From: Bacteroidales bacterium
GTDB taxonomy: Bacteria > Bacteroidota > Bacteroidia > Bacteroidales > UBA4417
DNA: 64,000 bases
Direction of reading: 5' to 3'
Assembly: GCA_038237165.1 (NCBI GenBank)
Contig: JBBRYZ010000003.1
Span: 2,898 to 66,897, forward strand
The notes beneath the pieces are model-generated. The model was given only the letters and a program-made list of their open reading frames with translations. It ran no database searches and was not told the DNA's origin. How positions within the stretch are numbered: position 1 is the first letter of the stretch; every line of letters begins with the position of its first letter. The translations under genes and the position numbers were made by a program. This document shows positions 36,196 to 45,912 of this stretch, piece after piece.

Positions 36196-36633
36196 TTTAT
36201 AGAACCAGGGATGTGGGTATTTATTAAAAAATTTCTTTCCGCGATTTACACTTTTCGCATTGCCATCAATAAACAATCCTCTCCATCCAAAATTAAAATA
36301 AAGGTTAGCTGAGTTACTGTTTACCCCGTCATCAGAGCCTATTTCAACGAAAACTTTATTCTCCATTCCAATAACTGAAAAAATAAACAATAGCTTGCCA
36401 TCTTCTTCGAATTGAGAAAATACTCTATATCCTGTGTCAGAAATTGACGGGAGTTCGTTCTTCTTAGAAAGTTCCTGATAATAATGATATAATTGCCTCT
36501 GCCCGATTTGAACAGATGGTGCAAATCTATTTCTAACCTTCAGTATAAGGAGATTATCTTTGAGAAAGTTTTTAATCATATTCTTCATTTTGTTCCATTT
36601 TTTTAATTTTTGATTCTCAGAGATTAATAACAA
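36196..36633 (-). pseudogene. 3'-truncated SAM-dependent methyltransferase-like gene
   Basis: VFSQFEEDGKLLFIF...VFVEIGSDDGVNSNSANL...GLFIDGN resembles motif I of FkbM/class I methyltransferases. The reading frame leaves native sequence at ..PHPWFYKP and continues into REP copy 3. Confidence 0.4.
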
Positions 36634-36722
36634 AGATAGGAAAATGAACTGAGATGGGAATTAGAGTTTAGCGGGTGATGATGAACAAATCTCCTTAACT
36701 TTGAACCGGTAAAAAAAATAAA

Positions 36723-38237
36723 ATGAAAGGAAACTTCATGCTCCGCTTTAAAAAAATATTCTCAAAACCCCGTACTGTAATCATTGCAGCTGTTATTCTA
36801 TTCTTTCCGGTTCTTTTTTTAGGCAATCATATCAGCCACGACTGGGGTGATGATTTCGCGCAGTACATTCATCAGGCAGCAAATATCGTTCATAGCATTC
36901 CACAATCGGAAACCGGTTTCATTTACAGCCAGCAAAATTTTATCGGCCCGCAAGCGTACCCTTCTGGTTTCCCGCTTATTCTGGCACCGGTATATGCTGT
37001 GGCTGGTAACAATATAACAGCTTTCCTTTTATTAATTTCTGTCCTGTATATTACACTTGGATTAGTAATGATTATATATTTCAGGAATTATTTTTCGTGG
37101 ATTCCTGCATTTATTTTGGCAACAATTTTTGTTTACAATCCTCAAATGATTCTTTTTAAAGGGGAAGTGATGTCTGAAATACCATTTACAGTTTTGCTGG
37201 TTACCTGCTTTATTTTATATGAAAAAGTGAAATTTGCCGATCCTTTACATTTCTTGGTTTTAGCCCTTTTATCCGGGTTTCTGATTATGGTAAGATCAGC
37301 AGGATTTATTTTTGTTGCAGCAGTTATTCTTGACCAATTAATCATTTTAAGAAAAAGAAAAATATCCATAAAGGATTTTGCTATCCGTGGTGGTATATTC
37401 GTATCTATTCCGATTTTGATCTATTTACTGTTCAATATCTTCATCTTCAGGATGCCTTCAGGAAGTGGAATCAGCGATTATCTCAGCTTCTTTCAATCGG
37501 GGAAATTAGTCTGGATGTTTCCTGGGAATTTTTATCATTATATAGAAGCCATCCGGTTGTTATACATGCCACAAAGCGGGAACCTTATGGGAATTTCAGT
37601 ATTACTTTCGTCGGTAATGCTTACATTGGTGCTGCTTGGATTCTTACACAGAATATTCCAGGGTCCACAGATAATTGATTGGTTTTTTATTTTTTACATT
37701 ATCATGTTGCTGCTTTTCCCGAATACAAATTCGGCCACAAGGCTATTGATTCCATTAGGATTTATATTCCTGATTTATTCTGCCACAGGTTTCAAAAAAC
37801 TTCAGCTTTTGCCGCAACTCGCTTCTCAAAATAAAGCAATCATTTTCGGAGGTTTGATACTGCTTATGTTTTTACCTGGCATTATGAAAATTGCCCGCGC
37901 CGGTGAAAACATACAGGAAGGGCCTCAAAAGAAAACTGCGGTTGAAACTTTTAATTTTATAAGTAAAAATGTTCCTCCCGACTCGGTAGTTGTTTTTGAA
38001 AAGCCACGGGCGCTTGCGTTATACGGAGGTTGCAAGAGTATGGTCGATCCGCGCACCAACAATCCAACGCTTTTCCATTTGCAGGTTGTGAAGGCAAAAG
38101 CATCGTACCTGCTTATCAATAACAACTTAACGGGTGAGTTGATGTTGCGTTATTCCAAGGTAATGCAAAACCGCCTTAACAAACAATTTGAAAATAAGGA
38201 TTTTGTGCTTTATAAGATCAACCCTGTGATTCGTTAA
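36723..38237 (+). CDS. GT-C-type polytopic membrane glycosyltransferase-like protein
   Basis: 504 aa, more than 10 predicted TM helices, C-terminal soluble domain. ArnT/PMT-like architecture; the family call is tentative. Confidence 0.5.
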   Translation: MKGNFMLRFKKIFSKPRTVIIAAVILFFPVLFLGNHISHDWGDDFAQYIHQAANIVHSIPQSETGFIYSQQNFIGPQAYPSGFPLILAPVYAVAGNNITAFLLLISVLYITLGLVMIIYFRNYFSWIPAFILATIFVYNPQMILFKGEVMSEIPFTVLLVTCFILYEKVKFADPLHFLVLALLSGFLIMVRSAGFIFVAAVILDQLIILRKRKISIKDFAIRGGIFVSIPILIYLLFNIFIFRMPSGSGISDYLSFFQSGKLVWMFPGNFYHYIEAIRLLYMPQSGNLMGISVLLSSVMLTLVLLGFLHRIFQGPQIIDWFFIFYIIMLLLFPNTNSATRLLIPLGFIFLIYSATGFKKLQLLPQLASQNKAIIFGGLILLMFLPGIMKIARAGENIQEGPQKKTAVETFNFISKNVPPDSVVVFEKPRALALYGGCKSMVDPRTNNPTLFHLQVVKAKASYLLINNNLTGELMLRYSKVMQNRLNKQFENKDFVLYKINPVIR

Positions 38238-38955
38238 GCACATCGCTAAGCACACGCACCGATTTTATTTCTCCAAAATTGGCGATATGAATCCTGAAAT
38301 AGCCAAGCATTCCGGCAAGTAATTCGTTTCGCATCACCGAATTGATGCTTAGGGCAGTTACACCGGCATTCAGAGTTGTGAGTACCTCGGAAAGGCTGTT
38401 GCTCAGCGGTGATGATAAATAATAGGGATGACCGGGCGGATGAGCACAGAAATGTCCTTCTTCCATATCAAAATAAGTATCGTTTTCACTGAAATTATTA
38501 TGCGGATCGAAACCCAGGAACTGTGTAAGGCCAATAGTAAAAGCCAGCGGAAAACCTGCAACTGAACCGGTGGCCCGATCCAGGTTCAATATCGCATCTT
38601 CAAGATACCCATAAAGATTCGGGTCGGCCATCTGAGCTGAAACAGAGTGTGAAAGCAATTCGCTGATATAAATACTAACGGCAGTTTTAGCCATATCCGT
38701 AGCTATACCATTGAGCTGGTATTCGCATGTGGCATCACGCATTACACGCATACCTTCCCCTTCTTTGTGATTGGCAACCAGTTGTATTACCGACAAGGGC
38801 GCGAAAAGATTTCGCTTAATCCGCGAACCTTTTTTACGTACACCTTTGGCAATATACGTCTGCAAACCAAGCTGCTCGGTAAATACCCTGGCAATAATGC
38901 TGGTTTCGGAATAATCCATGCAATGTAGCACTATGCCTTTGGTGGAGAGTATCAT
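38218..38955 (-). CDS. recO: DNA repair protein RecO
   Basis: 245 aa. N-terminal OB fold TKGIVLHCMDYSETSIIARVFTEQLGLQTYIAKGVRK. Confidence 0.88.
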   Translation of the reverse strand: MILSTKGIVLHCMDYSETSIIARVFTEQLGLQTYIAKGVRKKGSRIKRNLFAPLSVIQLVANHKEGEGMRVMRDATCEYQLNGIATDMAKTAVSIYISELLSHSVSAQMADPNLYGYLEDAILNLDRATGSVAGFPLAFTIGLTQFLGFDPHNNFSENDTYFDMEEGHFCAHPPGHPYYLSSPLSNSLSEVLTTLNAGVTALSINSVMRNELLAGMLGYFRIHIANFGEIKSVRVLSDVLNESQG

Positions 38956-38980
38956 TTGAGAGTTAGAAAGCTGTTTTGGA

Positions 38981-39112
38981 GGGAGATTGAGGAACTGAGG
39001 GACTAAGGGACTGAGGGAGTGAGGGACTGAGGGAGTGAGAGACTGAGAGACTGAGAGACTGAGGAACTTAAAGACTGAGGGACTGAGAGACTGAGTGAGA
39101 TAGGGAGATGGG
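38981..39112 (+). repeat. degenerate tandem array, 8-nt period (GAGRGACT), about 16 units
   Basis: gaggaact gagggact aagggact gagggagt gagggact gagggagt gagagact x3 ... It fills the whole spacer between the PorZ-like stop and the recO start. Confidence 0.9.
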
Positions 39113-39114
39113 AG

Positions 39115-41478
39115 TTAGCGGACAAAAAGTATTTTTCCTGTTTTTTTCTGGCTGCCGTCAGCGTTAGTCACGAAAACCAGATAAACTCCGGTATTCACTT
39201 TGCGATGCTCAAGATTGCTGCCATCCCATATAACCTGTCCGCCCTGCGCCAGTGTTTCCCATACCAGTGCGCCCGAAACGTCAGTGATTTTTACATTTGA
39301 CTCATTAACCAGGTTGCTGATGAAAATAGGTCCATGATATTCAGGTCGAACCGGGTTAGGATAAATAAATAACGAATCGAGTGTTGATTTTGATTCTACT
39401 TTATAATCCTGGTAAGATACTATTCCCAATGAGGTTCCAAAATACACCTCACCTGAACTGGATATTTTTATAGATTGAATGGAGTTTGACAATAATGGAC
39501 TATTGGCCTCGGTAAAATGCAATAGTTCCTTCCCACCATCAGCTGACATAAGAAATACTCCTGACTTTTCGGTTCCTATCCATTTTTCGTTGTTTCCGTT
39601 TACTGTAATTGCGGTAATCAGTTCCGTGGCAAGTAGTGAATGAATTAATCCGTCTATTACAATCTCAACGGGATGGGCATCATAATCGCCTCCGTTAAAC
39701 ACATTACCGGGGGAAGCAATACGAGAAACTCCCTGGTCGGAACCCAGCCATAATTCGCCGTTGCGGTCAACTGTCATACAGGAAACACTAATTCCTGACA
39801 AAGCGCCATTACCAACCGAATTAGTAAGCTTCATCATTTTATCATCGGCAGGGTTATCAGGCGTATTGTTATCATTAAATACAAAGAGTATAGGATCACG
39901 GGTTTGAATCCATTTCTGATTTTCGTGGTCAATTATAATACCAGCCACAACAGGAGAATTACCAAGAGAGCTGAGGTTAAATGATTTCCATTCACCTGTC
40001 GGCTTCCGCATCGACAAAATATTATACACTTCCGAGTTGGTAACCCACAGATTGTTATTCTGATCAAAAGCAACACCACCTATTCTTAAATATCCATCGC
40101 CATATCCGTCAATATACTGCAAGGTGCTGTTTTGAGGATTATAAATTTTCTTTAATTCTCCTTTCTCAAATTCAAGCAATCCATTTCCCCAACTACCCAT
40201 GAAAGCATGGCTTCCGTCAGTGGGATCAGCTACAACACACATTATATCGCGCATAGGAGTGAATTCCGGGGTATTAATCCAGTTAAAATTACTCCAGGAG
40301 TTGTCAGCAAATGTATAGCATTCGGCACCCCGCCAGAGGTTTGCAAACCTGGTAGTTGTTCCACCTGCAACAGCCCACATTTGCTTTCCGACAATATCCA
40401 TTGCAGCTACCTGCGGTGATGAAGGTCCATCGTATGTATAGCTGTATCCCACCTGGTCGCTGCCTATACTCCACATTCCCTGCTCATTGTCGGCAATCCA
40501 TACTTTACCTTCCTTATCAATCAATGCATCTCGTGGATTAATTAAAAGCTGAGGGTTATATTTGGAATACTGCATGTCAGGTGCTCCGTCAGGTTTGTAT
40601 GTGGTTACATTATAATTATTGCATATCAGGAGGCGGTCCCCGCTAACCCTTATTGAGTAACGGTTTGCGTGATCTGAAGTAAGAAACTTCGACCATTTGT
40701 CTCCGCTCTTCACATACATGGTATCTGAATCCCATTTACCTGTCACCGTTTTATTGGCATATAATTTCCCCGAAAATGATACGATTAGATTTGCATAATC
40801 ATTAGGGCCGGTTATATTTTCCCTGGCCCAGTTTACATAGTAAGCCAGGTTGGCATTTGCGTCTGCTGAAAGTATACCCTTTTCCGTAGCTGCATAAAGC
40901 TTATTATCATCCTGATCAAATGCAATTGACAGCACATTAATCTGTGATCCCGACGGGCCGATATAGTATGTATCCTTGATTTCATGTTTAGCAATATCAA
41001 TCACCACAATTCCGAAACCACAGGCCAGGTAGGCCAGTTTGTCAACAATCAGAATGCTGTTTATGGTTTTATTGCCCAGAATTTGTTTTCGCTTGATATC
41101 CGGAATATTAATAATGTCCGCACCTTTAACCAGGTCGATATTTGTATTTGAATAAGCGACAACAAGTGTGCTTAAGGAACTGCAATAAGCTATACTGCTG
41201 ATACCAACATCCGAAAGTCCAGAGGGAGTAACCTTATTCTGTTTGTTAAGGCTGTTATCTGTTTTGTCAAAATAAACTAAGCTGTATGGCGTTGCTGAGT
41301 ATATGCGGCTTCCGGCTTCGGCTACGGCTATAGATTTTTTATAAGGCAGGTGATCGAGCCATTGATTATAGATTGCATTTTGTGCTTCGACAGCATACAA
41401 TGATGATGTCAGTATGAAAAATACCAATAAAATACGACCGGAAAACTTCATAATACCTGATGATGACTGAATGCTCAT
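39115..41478 (-). CDS. porZ: double beta-propeller T9SS protein, PorZ-like
   Basis: 787 aa. Signal peptide ..VEA|QN, Reg_prop-type repeats throughout, T9SS CTD IYPNPVRPEY...GVYLVFVTNADGSQKKTGKILFVR. Size and architecture match PorZ; orthology is not verified. Confidence 0.55.
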   Translation of the reverse strand: MSIQSSSGIMKFSGRILLVFFILTSSLYAVEAQNAIYNQWLDHLPYKKSIAVAEAGSRIYSATPYSLVYFDKTDNSLNKQNKVTPSGLSDVGISSIAYCSSLSTLVVAYSNTNIDLVKGADIINIPDIKRKQILGNKTINSILIVDKLAYLACGFGIVVIDIAKHEIKDTYYIGPSGSQINVLSIAFDQDDNKLYAATEKGILSADANANLAYYVNWARENITGPNDYANLIVSFSGKLYANKTVTGKWDSDTMYVKSGDKWSKFLTSDHANRYSIRVSGDRLLICNNYNVTTYKPDGAPDMQYSKYNPQLLINPRDALIDKEGKVWIADNEQGMWSIGSDQVGYSYTYDGPSSPQVAAMDIVGKQMWAVAGGTTTRFANLWRGAECYTFADNSWSNFNWINTPEFTPMRDIMCVVADPTDGSHAFMGSWGNGLLEFEKGELKKIYNPQNSTLQYIDGYGDGYLRIGGVAFDQNNNLWVTNSEVYNILSMRKPTGEWKSFNLSSLGNSPVVAGIIIDHENQKWIQTRDPILFVFNDNNTPDNPADDKMMKLTNSVGNGALSGISVSCMTVDRNGELWLGSDQGVSRIASPGNVFNGGDYDAHPVEIVIDGLIHSLLATELITAITVNGNNEKWIGTEKSGVFLMSADGGKELLHFTEANSPLLSNSIQSIKISSSGEVYFGTSLGIVSYQDYKVESKSTLDSLFIYPNPVRPEYHGPIFISNLVNESNVKITDVSGALVWETLAQGGQVIWDGSNLEHRKVNTGVYLVFVTNADGSQKKTGKILFVR

Positions 41479-41947
41479 TAATAACTATTCAAAACGGTTT
41501 TTAGTATATGCATCCCAACACATACAAATCAAAAATTCAGGCCAGTGGCCTATTGATGGGCATGTTGAGAGATTTTACTCATTTGATACAAAAGTAATGA
41601 AGTTTAGATGACAGTTTAACAAACAATTTTCATAGATTTGGCAAATGAAAATCCTGAAATCACTTAAAGCAATGCATATTAATACAAATTAGTGAAAGCA
41701 TTTGATCATTTCTCGGTTTTTAAAAAAATACCTGACATCTAAATTGCTGGTCTTAAACATGATAACAACGATTTGTTAAAAAATGCAAAAACATTCAGGT
41801 CGGCTTTTTAAAATATTTATTACCTTCACCTCCCGAAAACCACTGAAACCTGCATTACTAATTTGAAAATCACCACTTTGGCGATAATTGAAAATGTTAT
41901 GTTCCAGTGCTTTAATACACTATGCATAAAAAACCTTTACCAGGGAA

Positions 41948-42520
41948 ATGATTCACTATTCTGATTTTGCCATCGTTGAAGGCCTCCGGCTAAATAGTGA
42001 TTTCATTATTCGCTATGTGTATAAGGAATTCTTTCCAACCATAAAATATCTGATCAAAAACAACGCCGGCCTCGAAGAAGATGCCGAAGACGTATTTCAG
42101 GAAGCATTATTGGTAATTTTAACCAAAATAAAAGATGATAATTTCGAATTAAGCTCTTCATTTATCACTTATTTATATTCCATCAGCAAGAATATCTGGC
42201 TCCAGAGGCTGAAACGCAAACGGATGACTCATAAAAACCAGGATGAGCTTACCCGCTACCTCGACGCACCTGAAGTGGGAACCGAAGTACACCTGGAATA
42301 TGAAGAAAAATACCAGTCGTTTATCAGGCAGTTTGATAACCTGAGCGAAGATTGCCAAAAACTTCTGCGGTTGTTCCTCACCAAGATGTCGGCTAAAGAT
42401 ATAGCCGAGAATATGGGGTACAAATCGGAGTTTTATGCTAAAACCAAGAAATATCTATGCAAAGAAGCACTGAAAAAACTGGTTGAAAACGATCCTGATC
42501 TCAAAGGGATTATCAGTTAA
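41948..42520 (+). CDS. sigma-70 family (ECF-like) RNA polymerase sigma factor
   Basis: 190 aa. Region 2 DAEDVFQEALLVILTKI and region 4 LSEDCQKLLRLFLTKMSAKDIAENMGY. No adjacent anti-sigma gene. Confidence 0.8.
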   Translation: MIHYSDFAIVEGLRLNSDFIIRYVYKEFFPTIKYLIKNNAGLEEDAEDVFQEALLVILTKIKDDNFELSSSFITYLYSISKNIWLQRLKRKRMTHKNQDELTRYLDAPEVGTEVHLEYEEKYQSFIRQFDNLSEDCQKLLRLFLTKMSAKDIAENMGYKSEFYAKTKKYLCKEALKKLVENDPDLKGIIS

Positions 42521-42562
42521 ACAGTTGCATCTATCACACTGTAAATCCAAAACAGGAGAAAA

Positions 42563-44203
42563 ATGTTTCCACCCTACATATCGGCTGTTGTAAACATCGG
42601 CGATCTTTCGCTTGGAGGTCATTTGCCGATCCGAATTCAGTCGATGACCAATACCAATACCAACGACATTAAGGCTACCATTGAACAATGCACGCGCCTG
42701 GCGAATGCAGGTTGCGAAATGATACGTATCACCGCCCAGGGAATTACCGAAGCCAATAACCTGGCGCTGATCCATAAAGGATTACAAGGTAAAGGCATAA
42801 AGGTTCCGCTTATTGCTGACATTCATTTCAATCCCCGGGCTGCAGAAATCGCCGCCGGAATTGTTGAAAAAGTAAGGATTAATCCCGGAAACTACGCTGA
42901 TAAACGCGATTCGCATGGTATCCTCACTCAAAAAGCTTACGATGAGGAACTTGAACGGATAGCCGAACGTCTGCATCCTTTACTGCGTATCTGCATACAA
43001 AATGGAACTGCCATCCGTATCGGAACTAACCATGGATCGCTGAGCGGCCGAAATATGGACCGGTTTGGCGATACACCCGAAGGAATGGTCGAGAGTGCCA
43101 TGGAATTTGGGAGAATTTGCTTTCAGGAAGGATTTCACAACCTGGTATTCTCTATGAAATCAAGCAATGTGAGAGTAATGGTGCAATCCACCCGGTTGCT
43201 GGCACAAAAAATGCAGGCCGAAGGAATGAATTTTCCGATCCATCTTGGTGTAACCGAAGCCGGTGATGGCGAAGACGGAATCATAAAATCAGCCGCAGGA
43301 ATAGGGACCTTGCTCGAAGAGGGAATAGGCGATACCATTCGCGTTTCGCTTACCGGTGACCCGGTAATTGAAATTCCTGTAGCCATTGCAATTGCGGAGC
43401 GTTTTAATGATTCGCGGAAATTAATTACCCAGGTGAATTCCGTAGAGCCTACACGTGAAAACAATCAATTTAACAACCGCAAAAACATTGCTGTTTCGGG
43501 TGTAGGAGGCAATTATCCCGTTGGCGTTATTGCGGAAAAAGATCGAATTATCAGTCTGGTCGATGAGCTTTATGAGGTTACAGGATCATTACCGGATCAT
43601 AACTTCCAACATCTGCATGTAATTGAAGGCAACTCAGCTGAAATACATCAGCAATTGGTGAACATTAAATCCGAAAGTACTCGTCCGGTTATACTGAAAA
43701 ATTATTATCAGACTGACAATCTGCTTCGTTTCCAGGTCGACAGCACCATTGATTTCGGTAGCTTGCTGATTGACGGGATAGGTGATGCCATATGGCCGGT
43801 GGCTCCAAATATCGCTGCCGAAACTGTTAACCATACCGCTTTTGCCATTCTGCAGGCAACCCGGGCACGCATCACCCGCACTGAATTTATTTCGTGCCCT
43901 TCCTGTGGGCGTACGCTTTTTGATATTGAAAAAACACTTAAGCAGGTAAAAGCCGCAACCCAACACCTGAAAGGACTGAAAATTGCCGTTATGGGTTGCA
44001 TTGTAAACGGCCCCGGCGAAATGGCCGATGCCGACTACGGCTATGTTGGCGCAGGACCGGGAAATGTTTCGCTTTATAAAGGGAAGGAAATTGCTTATAA
44101 AAATATCTCAGAATCAGAGGCAATTCCGTTGCTGATTAAACTAATTAAAGAATCGGGAGATTGGAAGGAATCAGATGATCCAACAAAAGAACTGATTATT
44201 TAA
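42563..44203 (+). CDS. ispG: 4-hydroxy-3-methylbut-2-enyl diphosphate synthase (long form with insert domain)
   Basis: 546 aa. IRIQSMTNTNT, RINPGN, C-terminal Fe-S cysteines FISCPSCGRT and MGCIVNGPGE. Confidence 0.93.
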   Translation: MFPPYISAVVNIGDLSLGGHLPIRIQSMTNTNTNDIKATIEQCTRLANAGCEMIRITAQGITEANNLALIHKGLQGKGIKVPLIADIHFNPRAAEIAAGIVEKVRINPGNYADKRDSHGILTQKAYDEELERIAERLHPLLRICIQNGTAIRIGTNHGSLSGRNMDRFGDTPEGMVESAMEFGRICFQEGFHNLVFSMKSSNVRVMVQSTRLLAQKMQAEGMNFPIHLGVTEAGDGEDGIIKSAAGIGTLLEEGIGDTIRVSLTGDPVIEIPVAIAIAERFNDSRKLITQVNSVEPTRENNQFNNRKNIAVSGVGGNYPVGVIAEKDRIISLVDELYEVTGSLPDHNFQHLHVIEGNSAEIHQQLVNIKSESTRPVILKNYYQTDNLLRFQVDSTIDFGSLLIDGIGDAIWPVAPNIAAETVNHTAFAILQATRARITRTEFISCPSCGRTLFDIEKTLKQVKAATQHLKGLKIAVMGCIVNGPGEMADADYGYVGAGPGNVSLYKGKEIAYKNISESEAIPLLIKLIKESGDWKESDDPTKELII

Positions 44204-44332
44204 ACTTTAAATTATTCACTCATATACTTTAAGAATATCCAATAAGATCCTTTAACAGTCAACAAGGCTTTTCCCACAGTAAATTTCATGGCTTATAACC
44301 ATTATCGATTTTTCTGTATCAGTTTCTATTCC

Positions 44333-44725
44333 TTACCTTATTTCTTCTTTACAAACCTTGCAATAAAACTTTGGCTTCAAATTCCCCATGGGAAAAGCCA
44401 TGAAAACCGCCAAAATAATATTTAAAATCTTTTGCCATTTATTTTTCCCGAGTCCAAGTCCTATGTCAACTGATCCGCAATATTGGCAATGTAATTCCAG
44501 ATTATTTGGTTCAATTTTATCCTTTTGTAATTCTCTTGCTTTAACAACATCTTCTTCCCGAACAAATATCTGAATACCTGCACCTAGCATATCATTATAT
44601 AATGGCATCAGGTTTGTAAAATATTGATTTGTAAGAAAACAGTCAATACCTTCATTGTTAAGATTACCTTTTATCAGGTATGCTTCAGATAAATTTCCAC
44701 ATGTCAATATTCGAATCATTCCCAT
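44333..44725 (-). CDS. DUF2007-like small protein with C-terminal zinc ribbon
   Basis: 130 aa. EAYLIKGNLNNEGIDCFL...; CQYCGS...CKVCKEE. Confidence 0.45.
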   Translation of the reverse strand: MGMIRILTCGNLSEAYLIKGNLNNEGIDCFLTNQYFTNLMPLYNDMLGAGIQIFVREEDVVKARELQKDKIEPNNLELHCQYCGSVDIGLGLGKNKWQKILNIILAVFMAFPMGNLKPKFYCKVCKEEIR

Positions 44726-44766
44726 TTTTGAATCTGATAACTATGAGTAATTGCATTAAATGATAC

Positions 44767-45693
44767 TCACTTCAGCCCACTCACCACATTCAGACTTTGA
44801 CGAAGAATATTGAATACAAAAGGAGTATGCTCCAGTGATTCGCCATCGGCTTCCATAAACATTGGCGGCTCGGAATGAATAATGATTTTTGAGGAACGAA
44901 AGGTGCTTACCTCAGGCAAACGGGTGAAACTGCCATCAAACAGCTTGATAATATTACGGATTATTTTAAATTTTCCGATCGGTTTTATCAGCGTAAGATC
45001 GAAAAGCCCGTCATCGGGCAACGCATCAGGTGCCTGTTTCATACCACCGCCATTGTATTGACAGATACCAACACTCATACTGAAAATATCCGAAATAATT
45101 TTTTCGCTGTCGAGCAGTATGGTGACCTTGGTGCTGGTGTAAACAAATAAACTGGAAAGGATATTTACCACATACGACATCGGATTACTTTTTCCGAGTT
45201 CTTTTTGCCTGTTGGTTTTTTTGGTTACCAGGGCATCAAATCCCATTCCGGCCATGTTGATAAAATAGCGTGTCTTTTCTTCTCCTTCGGTTGATATATA
45301 CTTAATAGTTCCGGTATCCTGTGTAAATATTTTTCGTTTTGCAATCAGTTTAATGGCCTGTTTGTAATCACCCGGTATGTTGTACATCCGGCACCAGTCG
45401 TTACCGGTCCCCACAGGAATCATTGCAAGTGTAATTTTTTCGGTGGGAATATGAGCCTGTGTAAAAATTCCATTTACCACCTCGTTGAGGGTACCATCGC
45501 CACCGACTACTATTATATTGCGATAACCGTTTTCGACATATTTACGGGTCAGATCAACAGCGTGTCCGCGATGCTCAGTGAATACGCTGGCAAATTCAAT
45601 CCCGTCAGCAGTAAGCTGGGCTGCAATTTCGAGCCAATCTTTTTCCCCTTTGCGTTTCCCTGCATTGGGATTAACAACAACAAACCATTCCAT
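44767..45693 (-). CDS. diacylglycerol/lipid kinase family protein (YegS/DagK-like)
   Basis: 308 aa. VVNPNAGKRKG, VVGGDGTLNEVVNG, IPVGTGNDW. Confidence 0.85.
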   Translation of the reverse strand: MEWFVVVNPNAGKRKGEKDWLEIAAQLTADGIEFASVFTEHRGHAVDLTRKYVENGYRNIIVVGGDGTLNEVVNGIFTQAHIPTEKITLAMIPVGTGNDWCRMYNIPGDYKQAIKLIAKRKIFTQDTGTIKYISTEGEEKTRYFINMAGMGFDALVTKKTNRQKELGKSNPMSYVVNILSSLFVYTSTKVTILLDSEKIISDIFSMSVGICQYNGGGMKQAPDALPDDGLFDLTLIKPIGKFKIIRNIIKLFDGSFTRLPEVSTFRSSKIIIHSEPPMFMEADGESLEHTPFVFNILRQSLNVVSGLK

Positions 45694-45800
45694 AGCATAC
45701 GATTAGAATGAAAACCCGGTTTTGAAAGCCGAAAGATAGGAATAATATTTTAACCGTTTCAGGAGAAGCTTGAAAACCGGAAATGGTTTTTGACAATATG

Positions 45801-45912
45801 TCTCTTCGTCACTCAGTCTCCAATTTCCAAATCACTCAATCTCTCAGTCTCTCTGTCCCCATTTCTCCCAGTCCCCATGTCTCCCAGTCTCCCCATCCCC
45901 ACTCTCCCCGTC
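45801..45912 (-). repeat. degenerate tandem array, 8-nt period (ACTGRGAG on the minus strand), 14 units, ending at the MATE stop codon
   Basis: Plus strand: tctcttcg tcactcag ... ctctcagt ctctctgt ccccattt ctcccagt ccccatgt ctcccagt ctccccat ccccactc tccccgtc. Same unit as 38981-39112 but in the opposite orientation. Confidence 0.9.

Noticed and set aside
38981-39112. Possible CRISPR array, because of the regular repeats.
   Set aside because: The period is only 8 nt, there are no unique spacers, and no cas genes are in the window. It is a microsatellite-like array.
41948-44203. An ECF-like sigma factor directly upstream of ispG, as a possible novel regulatory coupling.
   Set aside because: This is only adjacency with a 42-nt gap. 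I see no anti-sigma gene and no recognisable ECF promoter, so there is not enough to support a claim.
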